A DNA stretch of 64,000 bases from Flavobacteriales bacterium (GTDB lineage Bacteria; Bacteroidota; Bacteroidia; JACJYZ01): positions 619 to 64,618 of the forward strand of contig JAGQZQ010000005.1 in assembly GCA_020435415.1 (NCBI GenBank). Reading direction: 5' to 3'. The notes under the pieces are model-generated. The model was given only the letters and a program-made list of their open reading frames with translations, searched no databases and was not told the DNA's origin. A program made the position numbers and the translations under genes. Below, one piece after another: positions 8,757-19,893 of this stretch. Position 1 is the stretch's first letter. Each line of letters opens with the position of its first letter.

Positions 8757-9911
8757 TCAGAATTTCTCCTTCATGCGATCAAAAAAACTCTTGTGATCGG
8801 ATCCCTTGCCGGGTTTGAAATTTTTCGAATCTCTGAGCTTTTCCAGAATGCTCTTTTCTTCTGAAGACAGGCTTTCCGGTGTGTAGATATTTATTTCCAC
8901 GAGCTGATCGCCTTTGCCATAACCATTCAATGACGGGATGCCTTTTCCTTTCAAGCGAAGTATTTTACCACTTTGGGTGCCGGCAGCAACTTTGATCTTG
9001 GCTTTTCCGGTAATGGTTGGAACTTCAATGGATGTTCCGAGGGCAGCGTCTATAAAACTTATAAAAGCATGGTGAATCACATTTTCTCCATCCCGTATCA
9101 GTTGCGGATCCTCTTTTTCTTCAATCAGGACGATAAGATCACCCGGAACACCATTCCTTGGGCCGGCATTTCCTTTGCCACCCAGATTCAGTTGCATACC
9201 TTGTTCTACACCTGCTGGTATTTTGATGGTGATGACCTCCTCGCCTTTGACGATGCCATCGCCGAAGCAGGTATTGCATTTGTTGGCAATCGTACGTCCT
9301 TCTCCTCCGCAATTGGGGCAGGTAGAACTGGTCTGCATCTGCCCAAGGATGGTATTGGCAATGCGGGTAACCTGGCCACTACCTCTGCATGTTGAACAGG
9401 TTTCGAAACCACTGTTGCCATCTGCTCCTGATCCGTTGCAGGATATGCAGGACACATACTTACCCACTTTGATCTTTTTCTCCACACCTTCAGCCACCTC
9501 CTGAAGCGTAAGGGTGACCTTGATGCGCAGATTGCTGCCGCGATTGACCCTTGTACGTCCGCGTCCGCCACCGCCACCACCGAAAAATGACTCAAACGGA
9601 TTATGGCCGCCAAAGATGTCACCGAACTGACTGAATATATCATCCATGGACATGCCTCCGCCAAAGCCTCCGCCACCAGCTGCACCTCCCATGCCGGCAT
9701 GTCCGAACTGATCATATCGCTGCCGCTTTTCTTTGTTACTTAGTACTTCATATGCTTCGGCCGCTTCTTTGAACATTTCTTCCGCTTCCTTGTCTCCCGG
9801 ATTCTTATCCGGGTGGTATTTCAAGGCCAACTTGCGGTAGGCTTTCTTGATGTCAGCTTCCGATGCACTGCGTTCCACCCCCAGTATGTCGTAATAATCG
9901 CGTTTTGACAT
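8757..9911 (-). CDS. dnaJ: Molecular chaperone DnaJ (384 aa)
   Basis: J domain with HPDKN, a G/F-rich linker, and four CxxCxGxG zinc-finger repeats ([32 protein letters not shown]). Confidence 0.97.
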   Translation of the reverse strand: MSKRDYYDILGVERSASEADIKKAYRKLALKYHPDKNPGDKEAEEMFKEAAEAYEVLSNKEKRQRYDQFGHAGMGGAAGGGGFGGGMSMDDIFSQFGDIFGGHNPFESFFGGGGGGRGRTRVNRGSNLRIKVTLTLQEVAEGVEKKIKVGKYVSCISCNGSGADGNSGFETCSTCRGSGQVTRIANTILGQMQTSSTCPNCGGEGRTIANKCNTCFGDGIVKGEEVITIKIPAGVEQGMQLNLGGKGNAGPRNGVPGDLIVLIEEKEDPQLIRDGENVIHHAFISFIDAALGTSIEVPTITGKAKIKVAAGTQSGKILRLKGKGIPSLNGYGKGDQLVEINIYTPESLSSEEKSILEKLRDSKNFKPGKGSDHKSFFDRMKEKF

Positions 9912-9919
9912 GTCTATTT

Positions 9920-10504
9920 TTATTGACCTATAATGACTTTGGCGTAACGAATTACCTTGTCATGCAAGGTGTATCCCTTTTCTACCTCCTCAATCACCTT
10001 TCCTTTCAGTTTCTTTTCGGGTGCCGGAAGTTGTGAAATAGCTTCATGTTTCTCCACATCAAAAGATTCACCTTTTGATTCCAGCGCTCGCAATCCACGG
10101 CTTTCAAGGGTGTTCTTAAGTTTGTGGTGTATCAATTCCACGCCTTCCTTCAAAGACTTTACGTCTTCTGCATTCATCATAGATTGGAGTGCGCGTTCAA
10201 AATCATCCAGTACAGGAAGAAGTGCTGTAAAGATGTCTTCCCCTGCGGTGCGAATCAGATCGGCGCGTTCCTTCTGGGTGCGTTTGCGGAAATTCTCAAA
10301 TTCCGAATACAACCTGAGGTATTTATCATTCAATGCCTGGATCTCATCTGCATGTTTGGATACTAGGTTGTCCGTATCCTCCCGGCCTTCTGCAATCCCT
10401 GCATCTCCCTTTTCTTGTTGATCAACAGCATCGGTGCCGGTTGATTCACCGGATTGTCCGTCCATATCGTTCATAGGTTCTTTTTCTTCCATAATACCTC
10501 TCAT
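9920..10504 (-). CDS. grpE: Nucleotide exchange factor GrpE (194 aa)
   Basis: An acidic N-terminus is followed by [13 protein letters not shown]...[11 protein letters not shown], typical of GrpE. It lies immediately upstream of dnaJ. Confidence 0.95.
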   Translation of the reverse strand: MRGIMEEKEPMNDMDGQSGESTGTDAVDQQEKGDAGIAEGREDTDNLVSKHADEIQALNDKYLRLYSEFENFRKRTQKERADLIRTAGEDIFTALLPVLDDFERALQSMMNAEDVKSLKEGVELIHHKLKNTLESRGLRALESKGESFDVEKHEAISQLPAPEKKLKGKVIEEVEKGYTLHDKVIRYAKVIIGQ

Positions 10505-10517
10505 TGATAATTAATGC

Positions 10518-10564
10518 TTGACTCCTGAGAGTCAAAAATATTGCCACACCCGCTTCTCAGTCAA
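10518..10564 (-). promoter_or_regulatory. Candidate grpE-dnaJ promoter (TTG-N21-TATTTTTG) overlapping a 7-4-7 inverted repeat
   Basis: The reverse complement of 10533-10540 is TATTTTTG. The reverse complement of 10562-10564 is TTG. The perfect inverted repeat TTGACTC-ctga-GAGTCAA spans 10518-10535, across the predicted -7 box and start site. Confidence 0.3.
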
Positions 10565-10663
10565 ATTGGCAGACAGGTTGTGGCATTCGCTGACATCCTG
10601 ATGATTTCAATCAGGATGCAATGATAACACAAACAAAGCGCAATTGGAAAGGACTCGGGGGGC

Positions 10664-11242
10664 TTATCGTTTTACAAGTTTATCTAATTCTACGTGCAGG
10701 TCAATTCCACGCACGTTTTTAGAGATCACGACACCGTTCTGGTCGATCAGGAAACCGGCTGGTATTGAGTTTACATTATAGATATTTGCCGCTTCCGATT
10801 TCCATCCGCCCAGGTCACTCACGTGGTAATCCCACAAAAGGTTATCCTGTTTTATGGCGTTTACCCATCGATTGCGATCTGTGTCAAGAGAAACGCTGAA
10901 GACTTCAAAGCCTTTGGCATTCTTGAATTTCAAGAGACTATATTTTCTGTATGCTTCCACAAGATTTGGATTCTCCCTGCGGCAGGGCAGGCACCATGAA
11001 GCCCAGAAATCGATCAGGACGATCCTGCCTTTCAGGGAAGAAAGGGCAATCTTTTTACCCTCCGGATTTTCAAATTCCAGCTCCGGTGCTTTGTCTCCAA
11101 CGTTAACTGCTGTTGCAGTAATCCTGGTAACAGATTCGGCAGGATATTTATTAACGGAAGATTTGTGAGCGATACCAAATGCAACGAATACAACAGCCAT
11201 AACGCCGATGACAATGAGCAATGGATGTTTTTGCTTGGACAT
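10664..11242 (-). CDS. TlpA/ResA-like thiol:disulfide oxidoreductase (thioredoxin fold), membrane anchored
   Basis: An N-terminal TM helix and FWASWCLPCRRENP (a WCxxC active site in TlpA context). Confidence 0.85.
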   Translation of the reverse strand: MSKQKHPLLIVIGVMAVVFVAFGIAHKSSVNKYPAESVTRITATAVNVGDKAPELEFENPEGKKIALSSLKGRIVLIDFWASWCLPCRRENPNLVEAYRKYSLLKFKNAKGFEVFSVSLDTDRNRWVNAIKQDNLLWDYHVSDLGGWKSEAANIYNVNSIPAGFLIDQNGVVISKNVRGIDLHVELDKLVKR

Positions 11243-11275
11243 GCTACGAAATTAAGGAATTTTTGAAAAAGAATG

Positions 11276-12586
11276 TCAGGAAGGGATGCGTTTGATTTCA
11301 GCACCAAGAGCGTTCAGTCTTTCATCAATGCGTTGGTAACCGCGGTCAATCTGTTCAATGTTGTGGATGATGCTCTTGCCTTCAGCGGACATTGCAGCGA
11401 TCAGAAGGGCGACCCCGGCACGGATGTCGGGTGAGGTCATCTCGATTCCGCGTAGCGGGTGCATCCGGTTCAGTCCGATGACAGTAGCCCTGTGTGGGTC
11501 ACAAAGGATGATCTGAGCCCGCATGTCAATCAGTTTGTCAACAAAGAATAAGCGGCTCTCAAACATCTTCTGATGGATAAGTACGCTGCCTTTTGCCTGG
11601 GTAGCTACCACCAGAACAATACTTAACAAGTCCGGCGTGAATCCCGGCCACGGTGCATCAGCGATGGTCATGATGGAGCCATCCATGAATGCCTGAATTT
11701 CATAATGATCCTGTGCAGGAATATGAATATCATCACCCTTTTGATCCAATTGGATGCCCAGGTTCCGGAATACATTGGGGATCAACCCGAGGTGTTCCAT
11801 GCCGCATCCTTTGATGGTAATTTCGGATTGGGTCATGGCGGCAAGACCTATGAAGCTGCCAACCTCGATCATATCGGGTAAGAGGGTATGCGTGGTGCCA
11901 CCCAGGCTATCCACTCCTTCAATGGACAGCAGGTTTGAGCCCACGCCACGGATTTTGGCGCCCATGGCGTTCAGCATGGCGCAAAGTTGTTGGATATAGG
12001 GCTCGCATGCGGCATTGTAAATGGTGGTGATTCCTTTGGCTAATACAGCAGCCATAACAATGTTGGCGGTACCGGTCACCGATGCTTCATCAAGCAACAT
12101 GTGGCAACCGGTAAGGCGATCGGCACTTACGGTGTAGAAGTTGGAGCCTGAGTGGTAGTCGAAGTTGGCACCCAGTTGTTGAAAGCCCAGGAAATGGGTA
12201 TCCAGACGCCGTCTGCCAATTTTATCTCCTCCGGGTTTTGGGATGTATGCTTTTCCGAAACGCGCCAGGAGCGGCCCGAGAATCATAACCGAACCCCTGA
12301 TGCGGCTGCTTTTTTTGCGAAACTCATCCGTACTCAGGTAGTCAAGGTCTATATTATTTGCTTCGAATGTGCAGGTAGAACGGTCGCTCCGGTCGATGCC
12401 CACACCCATATCTCCCAAAAGATCGATCAGGATGTTGATATCTATAATGTCGGGAAGATTTCTCAGCGTTACCTTATCAGAGGTAAGCAGGGTGGCACTG
12501 ATCACTTGCAATGCCTCGTTCTTGGCACCCTGAGGATGCAGGTCGCCGCTTAACTTCTTTCCTCCTGTAATTTCAAAAGTCGCCAT
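11276..12586 (-). CDS. murA: UDP-N-acetylglucosamine 1-carboxyvinyltransferase
   Basis: 436 aa. GAKNEAL, the GGDKIGRRRLDTH loop and EPSP-synthase-fold repeats are characteristic of MurA. Confidence 0.97.
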   Translation of the reverse strand: MATFEITGGKKLSGDLHPQGAKNEALQVISATLLTSDKVTLRNLPDIIDINILIDLLGDMGVGIDRSDRSTCTFEANNIDLDYLSTDEFRKKSSRIRGSVMILGPLLARFGKAYIPKPGGDKIGRRRLDTHFLGFQQLGANFDYHSGSNFYTVSADRLTGCHMLLDEASVTGTANIVMAAVLAKGITTIYNAACEPYIQQLCAMLNAMGAKIRGVGSNLLSIEGVDSLGGTTHTLLPDMIEVGSFIGLAAMTQSEITIKGCGMEHLGLIPNVFRNLGIQLDQKGDDIHIPAQDHYEIQAFMDGSIMTIADAPWPGFTPDLLSIVLVVATQAKGSVLIHQKMFESRLFFVDKLIDMRAQIILCDPHRATVIGLNRMHPLRGIEMTSPDIRAGVALLIAAMSAEGKSIIHNIEQIDRGYQRIDERLNALGAEIKRIPS

Positions 12587-12595
12587 GGAAGCGGA

Positions 12596-13243
12596 TCAAA
12601 ATCGTTTCCTTGAACGGTTCTTCTGATGGGAAGATTTCTTCTTGCCCTTTTTACCGTGATTATCATTGCGGCTGCTGGGAGGATTTACCTGTGCAAGTAA
12701 ATCATTGGTGTTGGCCAAACGGCTTGGGTCCTTCATTTTAAGCTTGCCATGTGACAATTGGTCCAGGTGATCCAGGATGTCCTGATCGTTTACGGAATCT
12801 TTGTTCCAACTCAGGTAAGCCTTCTTCATCATGTTGGCCACAATCGTTACTAGGGCATCTTTTTTCTCCCCATCTTCCATCTCACACGCTTTACGGATCA
12901 TTTCTTCGATGGTGAAGCCGTAATGTTTGTAACGCATATGATGGTGGGGATATACCATCGCATCGGGTTTGGAGACCAGGATATCGGGCTTTGGCATTTC
13001 ATATGGACTATCCACATCCAGATTGAATTCGGAAATGATGAACAGGTGATCCCATAGTTTATGTTTGAAGTCGTTGATATCCCTCAGATGCGGATTCAAT
13101 TGCCCCATGACATTAATAATGGACTTGGCCACCTTGTTCCGTTCTTCACGATTACTAACAGCGCAGGCATAGTTCACCATCTTCTGGATGTTTCTGCCGT
13201 ATTCCGGAATGACCAGACGTCCTCTTTCGGTATTGTATTCCAT
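12596..13243 (-). CDS. DUF4290-family protein with a basic C-terminal tail
   Basis: The N-terminus MEYNTERGRLVIPEYGRNIQKMV and a position immediately upstream of murA match my recollection of the Bacteroidota DUF4290-murA pairing. Confidence 0.65.
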   Translation of the reverse strand: MEYNTERGRLVIPEYGRNIQKMVNYACAVSNREERNKVAKSIINVMGQLNPHLRDINDFKHKLWDHLFIISEFNLDVDSPYEMPKPDILVSKPDAMVYPHHHMRYKHYGFTIEEMIRKACEMEDGEKKDALVTIVANMMKKAYLSWNKDSVNDQDILDHLDQLSHGKLKMKDPSRLANTNDLLAQVNPPSSRNDNHGKKGKKKSSHQKNRSRKRF

Positions 13244-13362
13244 GAATAATTATTAAAGTTTGTTGGATGATCAGGCCGGATCGGCCTTATATAACATCGC
13301 GGTTATCTTGTAACGCACAAATATAGGAAAATAATACTTCGCAGAGGTGGACCAGGCAGGAC

Positions 13363-15654
13363 TCAGGATAAAATCTTCAACCTTGCATATTTCAGCAATA
13401 ACTGTTTTTGTCCGGCATCTTTGAAGAGAACGGTAGCTTTCAGGTTATCACCGGGTCCTTCAATTTTAAGAATCTTTCCTGTTCCGAAACGTTGATGTTC
13501 CACCTCCATGCCTGGTTGCAGATTTGCCACATCATCCGCTTCGAATGGCTTATCAGTCTTGTTTTTATTGATGCGAACCAGTTTTCGGTTCAGGGTGTTG
13601 ATGGCTTCCTTTTTTCTGGCCTGATATTGCCGGTCCGGTTGAACCGTTATCTGCTTTTTCGGTTCCTGTCGGCTTAAATCAGGCATCAGCAGGTATCTTG
13701 GATCTATTTCTTCCAGAAAGCGACTCGGTTCACAATACATCAGGTTGCCCCATCTGAAGCGTGTGGTTGCGAACGAAAGGCAGGCAGCTTGTTTCGCGCG
13801 GGTGAGGGCCACGTAAAACAGACGTCGTTCTTCCTCGAGATCCGCCCGTGACTGCATGGACATTTGAGATGGGAAAAGGTTTTCCTCCATACCAACTATG
13901 AATACATATGGAAACTCCAGACCCTTGGCCGCATGAATGGTCATCAGGGAAACCCGGTCATCATCATCCGCTTCCTGGTTACGGTCTGCATCAGTAAGCA
14001 ATGCCACGTCCTGAATGAATTCTGCCAGGGTTTTTGTGCGTATCTCCCCGGTGACCGGATCTGCTTCTTCCTGTTCACAAAATGCTTTGATACCACTCAG
14101 AAGCTCCTGAATATTCTCATAACGACTGATTCCTTCCGGGGTTTTGTCGTCGTAGAGGTTTCTGAGCAATCCTGAATGTGTGGCGATCTCGGTGGCCAGT
14201 TCAAAGGCATCCTTGGTCGACTGTTGTGCAGCAAAGCCTTTGATCATGATGGCGAACGCTTCGATCTTGGAGCGTGTTCCGGCATTCAAGGCAGCGCCTG
14301 CTTTCCCCGGGTTTTCAACAACCTGCCATAGGCCCGATGTGCCGGCGTTTGCGGCGACGACCAGTTTATCAACGGTGGTTTGACCGATTCCTCTCGCCGG
14401 GTAATTGATGATCCGTTTAATAGCTTCTTCGTCGTTAGGGTTCACGGTTACCCGGAAATATGCCAGAAGATCTTTGATCTCCTTTCGCTGATAGAAGGAA
14501 GTTCCGCCATAGATGCGGTATGGGATATTCATTCGGCGAAGCGCTTCCTCCATGGCCCTGGATTGTGCGTTTGTGCGGTATAAAATCGCAAAATCGCTGT
14601 TCGGAAGCCGCCACTCCATTTTCGTCTGAAACATCATTTGCGCAATAAGCTTGCCTTCTTCGTTGTCCGAAGCGGCTTTCATAACGCGTATCTTTTCACC
14701 TTCCTCATTTTCGGTCCAGACTTCTTTGCGCAACCGCTCGGTGTTGTGCTCGATCAGGCTGTTGGCTGCGTTGACAATGGTTTGGGTGGAACGGTAATTC
14801 TGTTCAAGACGGAAGATCTGTACGCCCGGGTAGTCCCGTTCAAAGTTGAGGATGTTTTGAATGTTGGCTCCCCGGAATGCATAAATGCTTTGTGCGTCAT
14901 CCCCCACCACACAAACATTTTCGTGAACGCTCGCCAACTTCTTTATAATGGTATACTGAGCGTGATTGGTATCCTGATACTCATCCACCATCACATATTT
15001 GAATTTGTGCTGATAGCGGTGCAACACCTCAGGAAAATGGTGCAGGAGTTTATAAGTGTTTACGAGGATATCATCAAAATCCATGGCACCTGCCTTGAAG
15101 CACCGTTCATTATATATCTGGAAGATGGTGGCCAGTTCGCTTCGTCCGGAAGCCTGGTCGTCAGACTGGATGTTGGCATCTTTCTTATAAGCTTCAGCGC
15201 TGATCAGGCTGTTTTTTGCTGATGAGATCCGATGGAGCACATAACCCGGCTGATATACCTTGTCGTCCAGGTTTCTTTCCTTAATAATACCCCTTAAAAG
15301 ACTTTTGGCATCATCTGTATCGTAAATGGTGAAGTTGGGCGGATAGCCGAGTTTCTCACCTTCAATCCTGAGAATACGTGCAAAAACGGAGTGGAATGTC
15401 CCCATCCACAGATTTCGGGCTTCCTGGTCCCCGACAATCTCGATTACCCGGTTTTTCATCTCCCTGGCCGCCTTATTGGTGAATGTGAGCGCAAGGATGT
15501 GAAAAGCATCCACCCCTTTCCTCAGCAGATGGGCAATTCGGTAGGTAAGCACACGGGTCTTTCCTGAACCGGCACCTGCAATAATCATGACCGGCCCTTC
15601 CGTGCATTCGATTGCCCTTCGCTGGGCCTCGTTCATTTTTTCCAGATACGACAT
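13363..15654 (-). CDS. UvrD/PcrA/Rep-type superfamily-1 DNA helicase (763 aa from the ATG at 15654)
   Basis: Motif I AGAGSGKT, motif II VDEYQDTN, motif III, and TIHAAKGLEF (motif VI region). The ORF-track start at 15735 adds 27 non-conserved residues, and MSYLEKMNEAQRRAIE is the typical N-terminus. Confidence 0.9.
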   Translation of the reverse strand: MSYLEKMNEAQRRAIECTEGPVMIIAGAGSGKTRVLTYRIAHLLRKGVDAFHILALTFTNKAAREMKNRVIEIVGDQEARNLWMGTFHSVFARILRIEGEKLGYPPNFTIYDTDDAKSLLRGIIKERNLDDKVYQPGYVLHRISSAKNSLISAEAYKKDANIQSDDQASGRSELATIFQIYNERCFKAGAMDFDDILVNTYKLLHHFPEVLHRYQHKFKYVMVDEYQDTNHAQYTIIKKLASVHENVCVVGDDAQSIYAFRGANIQNILNFERDYPGVQIFRLEQNYRSTQTIVNAANSLIEHNTERLRKEVWTENEEGEKIRVMKAASDNEEGKLIAQMMFQTKMEWRLPNSDFAILYRTNAQSRAMEEALRRMNIPYRIYGGTSFYQRKEIKDLLAYFRVTVNPNDEEAIKRIINYPARGIGQTTVDKLVVAANAGTSGLWQVVENPGKAGAALNAGTRSKIEAFAIMIKGFAAQQSTKDAFELATEIATHSGLLRNLYDDKTPEGISRYENIQELLSGIKAFCEQEEADPVTGEIRTKTLAEFIQDVALLTDADRNQEADDDDRVSLMTIHAAKGLEFPYVFIVGMEENLFPSQMSMQSRADLEEERRLFYVALTRAKQAACLSFATTRFRWGNLMYCEPSRFLEEIDPRYLLMPDLSRQEPKKQITVQPDRQYQARKKEAINTLNRKLVRINKNKTDKPFEADDVANLQPGMEVEHQRFGTGKILKIEGPGDNLKATVLFKDAGQKQLLLKYARLKILS

Positions 15655-15821
15655 GGCTGGCAAAATTACGACCCTTGAAATCGATACCCAATAAAACTTA
15701 TCAACGCTGGCTGTGCTGATTGGCCTTAGATACATCGTTTATAGAATCCGGTGCCTGAAACGCTCAAATACCCGAAAAAAAGGGGGCATCAAAAACCATG
15801 AGAAAATCTTGAATGTTCATG

Positions 15822-15851
15822 TTGGATTATTAAAATAATCTTGTACCTTTG
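15822..15851 (+). promoter_or_regulatory. Candidate promoter of the ribosomal super-operon (TTG-N19-TACCTTTG)
   Basis: TTG at 15822-15824, a 19-nt spacer and TACCTTTG at 15844-15851. It lies about 68 nt upstream of the rpsL ATG. Confidence 0.45.
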
Positions 15852-15918
15852 CAGCCCCTAAATTGGGAGAAAACTTGACAAAGAGGCACTGAAATATTGA
15901 CAATCAAATAATAAGAGA

Positions 15919-16299
15919 ATGCCCACAATTCAGCAATTGGTAAGGAAAGGACGGAAAAGCTTGGTTTCCAAAAGTAAGTCTCCGGCCTTGGATTCATGTC
16001 CGCAAAGACGAGGTGTTTGCGTGCGGGTTTACACAACAACCCCTAAAAAACCTAACTCTGCTATGAGAAAAGTAGCAAGGGTACGTCTGACCAATGCCAA
16101 GGAAGTGAATGCATATATCCCGGGAGAAGGCCATAACTTGCAGGAACACAGTATTGTATTGGTGCGTGGCGGCAGGGTGAAGGATTTACCGGGGGTGCGT
16201 TACCATATTGTGAGGGGTACATTGGATACCTCTGGTGTAGATGGCCGGAAGCAAAGAAGGTCAAAATACGGAGCCAAGAAACCTAAAGCTGCCAAATAG
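15919..16299 (+). CDS. rpsL: 30S ribosomal protein S12 (uS12)
   Basis: [12 protein letters not shown]-terminus and the [13 protein letters not shown] motif. First gene of the canonical rpsL-rpsG-fusA order. Confidence 0.98.
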   Translation: MPTIQQLVRKGRKSLVSKSKSPALDSCPQRRGVCVRVYTTTPKKPNSAMRKVARVRLTNAKEVNAYIPGEGHNLQEHSIVLVRGGRVKDLPGVRYHIVRGTLDTSGVDGRKQRRSKYGAKKPKAAK

Positions 16300-16319
16300 T
16301 CCTTAGACTTATATAGATC

Positions 16320-16787
16320 ATGAGAAAAGGAAGAGCAAAAAAGAATTATCTGTTACCGGATCCCAGATTCAAGGATACCTTGGTAACCCGCTTTGTTAAC
16401 GACCTGATGCAGGACGGTAAAAAAAGTATTGCATACGATATTTTCTATGGTGCCATTGATCGTGTAAGCGAGCGTACCAAGGAAGATGGCCTGGAAGTTT
16501 GGAAGAAAGCATTGAACAATGTGATTCCACAGGTCGAAGTGAGAAGCCGCCGTGTAGGAGGATCCACCTTTCAGATTCCACAGGAGGTCAGACCTAGCCG
16601 GAAGACATCCCTCGGAATCAAATGGTTAATTAAGTACTCCCGCGAAAGAAAGGGAAAAACAATGAGTGAAAAACTGGCGGAGGAGATTATTTCCGCGTCG
16701 AAGGAAGAAGGTGCTGCATTTAAAAAGAAAGAGGATACACACCGCATGGCTGAAGCTAACAAGGCGTTTTCACATTTTAGATTCTAA
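16320..16787 (+). CDS. rpsG: 30S ribosomal protein S7 (uS7)
   Basis: 155 aa. RRVGGSTFQIPQEV and the C-terminal ANKAFSHFRF are typical of uS7. It follows rpsL. Confidence 0.97.
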   Translation: MRKGRAKKNYLLPDPRFKDTLVTRFVNDLMQDGKKSIAYDIFYGAIDRVSERTKEDGLEVWKKALNNVIPQVEVRSRRVGGSTFQIPQEVRPSRKTSLGIKWLIKYSRERKGKTMSEKLAEEIISASKEEGAAFKKKEDTHRMAEANKAFSHFRF

Positions 16788-16808
16788 GCATAACAGGGAA
16801 CCGAAACA

Positions 16809-18923
16809 ATGAGTAATTTAAAAAATACGCGGAACATTGGTATCATGGCCCACATTGATGCCGGTAAGACAACAACGTCTGAGCGTATATTGTTCTACAC
16901 GGGTGTGAATTATAAGATCGGTGAGGTGCATGACGGTGCCGCAACGATGGACTGGATGGTGCAGGAGCAGGAGCGTGGTATCACCATCACTTCTGCTGCA
17001 ACAACCTGCTTCTGGACTTACCGTGACCAAAAATTTAAGATCAACCTGATCGATACTCCCGGACACGTTGACTTCACCGTTGAGGTTGAACGCTCCCTCC
17101 GGGTATTGGATGGTGCTGTTGCCCTCTTTTGTGCCGTTGGCGGTGTGGAGCCTCAATCCGAAACCGTATGGCGTCAGGCTAATAAATATCATGTCCCCAG
17201 GATCGGTTTTGTGAATAAGATGGACCGCTCAGGTGCTGACTTCTTTTCAGTGGTTGATCAAGTGAAAAATCGCCTGAAAGCCAAGCCGGTGCCCCTTCAG
17301 GTTCCAATCGGTGCTGAAGAGACCTTCAAAGGTGTGGTGGATTTGATCCGTAACCAGGCCATCGTATGGGATGATTCAAGCCTTGGTGCAAAGTATGATG
17401 TTATCGACATTCCCGAAGATCTGAAAGATACCGTTACACAGTGGAGGGAATACCTGATCGAATCAGTGGCTGAATACGACGACACACTGATGGAGAAATT
17501 CTTCGACAATCCTGATTCCATCTCTGAAGAAGAGATCATGGCTGCCATCCGCAAAGCCACCATCGACATGACTATCGTGCCGATGATGTGTGGTTCAGCG
17601 TTTAAGAACAAGGGTGTTCAAACCATGCTGGATGCAGTCACTACCTTCCTGCCAAGCCCTGTGGATGTACCCAATATCAAAGGTACCAATCCCGATACAG
17701 GAGCGGAAGAAGAAAGAAAATCAGACCCTTCTGAAAAAATGGCGGCCCTCGCGTTTAAGATCGCAACCGATCCTTACGTAGGCCGTCTTGCTTTTTTCCG
17801 GATGTACTCCGGAACACTCGCTGCCGGTTCATATGTTTTGAATACCCGGACTGGTAACAAGGAACGTATTTCCCGCATTTTCCAAATGCACTCCAACAAA
17901 CAGAATGCGATTGAAAAGATCGAAGCTGGTGATATTGGTGCAGCTGTTGGGTTTAAAGACATCCGTACAGGCGATACACTTTGTGAAGAGAAGAACCCCA
18001 TCGTGCTGGAAAGCATGTCCTTCCCCGAGCCGGTGATCGGTTTGGCCATTGAGCCGAAAACCCAGGCAGATGTCGATAAGCTGGGTGTAGCCCTTAATAA
18101 ACTTTCTGAAGAAGATCCTACTTTCCGTGTTCATACAGATGAAGATACCGGTCAAACGGTTATCAGCGGAATGGGAGAGCTTCACCTTGAGATCATCGTG
18201 GATCGTCTGAAGCGTGAGTTTAAGGTTGAATGTAACCAGGGCGCTCCTCAGGTAGCATACAAAGAAACCATTACCAAAGCCGTTGATCACCGTGAGGTGT
18301 ATAAGAAACAAACGGGTGGCCGTGGTAAGTTTGCCGATATGGTGGTGAACGTTGGTCCTCGTGAATTGAAGGAAGAAGATACGCCCGGCCTTGAATTCGT
18401 TAACAATATCAAGGGCGGTAATATCCCCAGTGAATATATTCCAGCCATAGAGAAAGGTTTCAAAACCGCCATGGACAATGGTGTATTGGCCGGATATCCG
18501 GTGGAAAACCTTCGGGTGGTGCTGAGCGATGGTTCATATCACGATGTGGATTCCGATTCACTGTCATTTGAAATTTGTGCCCGCTCTGCATTCAGGGAAG
18601 CTTGCAGGAAAGCGAGTCCGGTGCTGCTGGAGCCCATCATGAAAGTGGAAGTTGTGACCCCTGATGAATACATGGGGGATGTGGTTGGCGACCTGAACAG
18701 ACGCCGAGGCATGATGGAAGGGATGGATTCAAGAGGTGGAGACCAGATCGTGCGCGCAAAAGTCCCTCTTTCTGAAATGTTCGGTTATGTGACCACCCTG
18801 CGTACCCTGTCTTCAGGCCGTGCAGCATCTACCATGGAGTTCTCACATTATGCTGAGGTTCCTAGGAATATCGCAGATGAGGTGGTAGCCAAAGTCAAAG
18901 GAAAAAAAGCTGAAGAAGTTTAA
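16809..18923 (+). CDS. fusA: Elongation factor G
   Basis: 704 aa. GTPase motifs [17 protein letters not shown] and NKMD, plus conserved domain IV/V sequence. Confidence 0.98.
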   Translation: MSNLKNTRNIGIMAHIDAGKTTTSERILFYTGVNYKIGEVHDGAATMDWMVQEQERGITITSAATTCFWTYRDQKFKINLIDTPGHVDFTVEVERSLRVLDGAVALFCAVGGVEPQSETVWRQANKYHVPRIGFVNKMDRSGADFFSVVDQVKNRLKAKPVPLQVPIGAEETFKGVVDLIRNQAIVWDDSSLGAKYDVIDIPEDLKDTVTQWREYLIESVAEYDDTLMEKFFDNPDSISEEEIMAAIRKATIDMTIVPMMCGSAFKNKGVQTMLDAVTTFLPSPVDVPNIKGTNPDTGAEEERKSDPSEKMAALAFKIATDPYVGRLAFFRMYSGTLAAGSYVLNTRTGNKERISRIFQMHSNKQNAIEKIEAGDIGAAVGFKDIRTGDTLCEEKNPIVLESMSFPEPVIGLAIEPKTQADVDKLGVALNKLSEEDPTFRVHTDEDTGQTVISGMGELHLEIIVDRLKREFKVECNQGAPQVAYKETITKAVDHREVYKKQTGGRGKFADMVVNVGPRELKEEDTPGLEFVNNIKGGNIPSEYIPAIEKGFKTAMDNGVLAGYPVENLRVVLSDGSYHDVDSDSLSFEICARSAFREACRKASPVLLEPIMKVEVVTPDEYMGDVVGDLNRRRGMMEGMDSRGGDQIVRAKVPLSEMFGYVTTLRTLSSGRAASTMEFSHYAEVPRNIADEVVAKVKGKKAEEV

Positions 18924-18931
18924 TTCATATC

Positions 18932-19237
18932 ATGAGCCAGAGAATCAGAATAAAACTAAAATCGTACGATCATAACCTGGTTGACAAGTCGGCCGAAAAG
19001 ATCGTCAAGACCGTAAAGTCCACCGGTGCGGTGGTGAGTGGTCCCATCCCACTGCCTACACACAAAAGGATCTTCACCGTGTTGAAGTCTCCTCACGTGA
19101 ACAAGAAGGCAAGGAACCAGTTCCAGTTGTGTGCATACAAGCGCCTGATGGATATTTACAGCACCACATCCAAAACGGTTGATGCACTTATGAAACTGGA
19201 ATTGCCCAGCGGTGTGGAAGTAGAAATTAAAGTTTGA
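18932..19237 (+). CDS. rpsJ: 30S ribosomal protein S10 (uS10)
   Basis: 101 aa. [11 protein letters not shown]...PLPT...[12 protein letters not shown] is typical of uS10. Confidence 0.97.
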   Translation: MSQRIRIKLKSYDHNLVDKSAEKIVKTVKSTGAVVSGPIPLPTHKRIFTVLKSPHVNKKARNQFQLCAYKRLMDIYSTTSKTVDALMKLELPSGVEVEIKV

Positions 19238-19259
19238 TCAGTACGAATAACAGATAGCC

Positions 19260-19877
19260 ATGGCAGGTATCATTGGAAAGAAGCTGGGAATGACCAGCAC
19301 GTTTTTAGAAAACGGTAAGAATATCGCGTGTACGGTGATCCAGGCAGGACCATGCGTGATCACGCAACTCAAGACCGTTGAAAAGGATGGCTACGAAGCT
19401 GTTCAGCTCGCCTTTGGTGAGCGTAAAGAGAAGAATACGCCTAAATCATTGGCGGGACATTTCGGGAAAACGAAAACCACTCCGAAACAAGAAGTGGTTG
19501 AATTTCGGGACTTCCCAAATCCCGGCAAAGAAGGAGATGCCGTGACCGTGGAAATTTTCAGCGAAGGGGATTGGATCGATGTTGTGGGAACTTCAAAAGG
19601 TAAAGGTTTTCAAGGCGTTGTAAAGAGACATGGTTTTAGCGGAGTAGGTGATCGCACACACGGTCAGCATGACCGTCAGCGTGCACCCGGTTCCGTTGGT
19701 GCTTCTTCCTTCCCTTCAAGGGTATTCAAAGGAATGCGCATGGCCGGACAAACCGGTAACAAGCGTGTGAAGGTGCAAAACCTGCAGGTGATCAAGGTGA
19801 TCCCCGAAGACAATGTATTGATTGTAAACGGCGCAGTTCCGGGTCCCAAAGGATCTTTTGTGCTGGTTGAGAAATAA
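19260..19877 (+). CDS. rplC: 50S ribosomal protein L3 (uL3)
   Basis: 205 aa. GKKLGMT...[15 protein letters not shown] motif. S10-operon order. Confidence 0.97.
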   Translation: MAGIIGKKLGMTSTFLENGKNIACTVIQAGPCVITQLKTVEKDGYEAVQLAFGERKEKNTPKSLAGHFGKTKTTPKQEVVEFRDFPNPGKEGDAVTVEIFSEGDWIDVVGTSKGKGFQGVVKRHGFSGVGDRTHGQHDRQRAPGSVGASSFPSRVFKGMRMAGQTGNKRVKVQNLQVIKVIPEDNVLIVNGAVPGPKGSFVLVEK

Positions 19878-19893
19878 TTAATTGAACGGTCAC

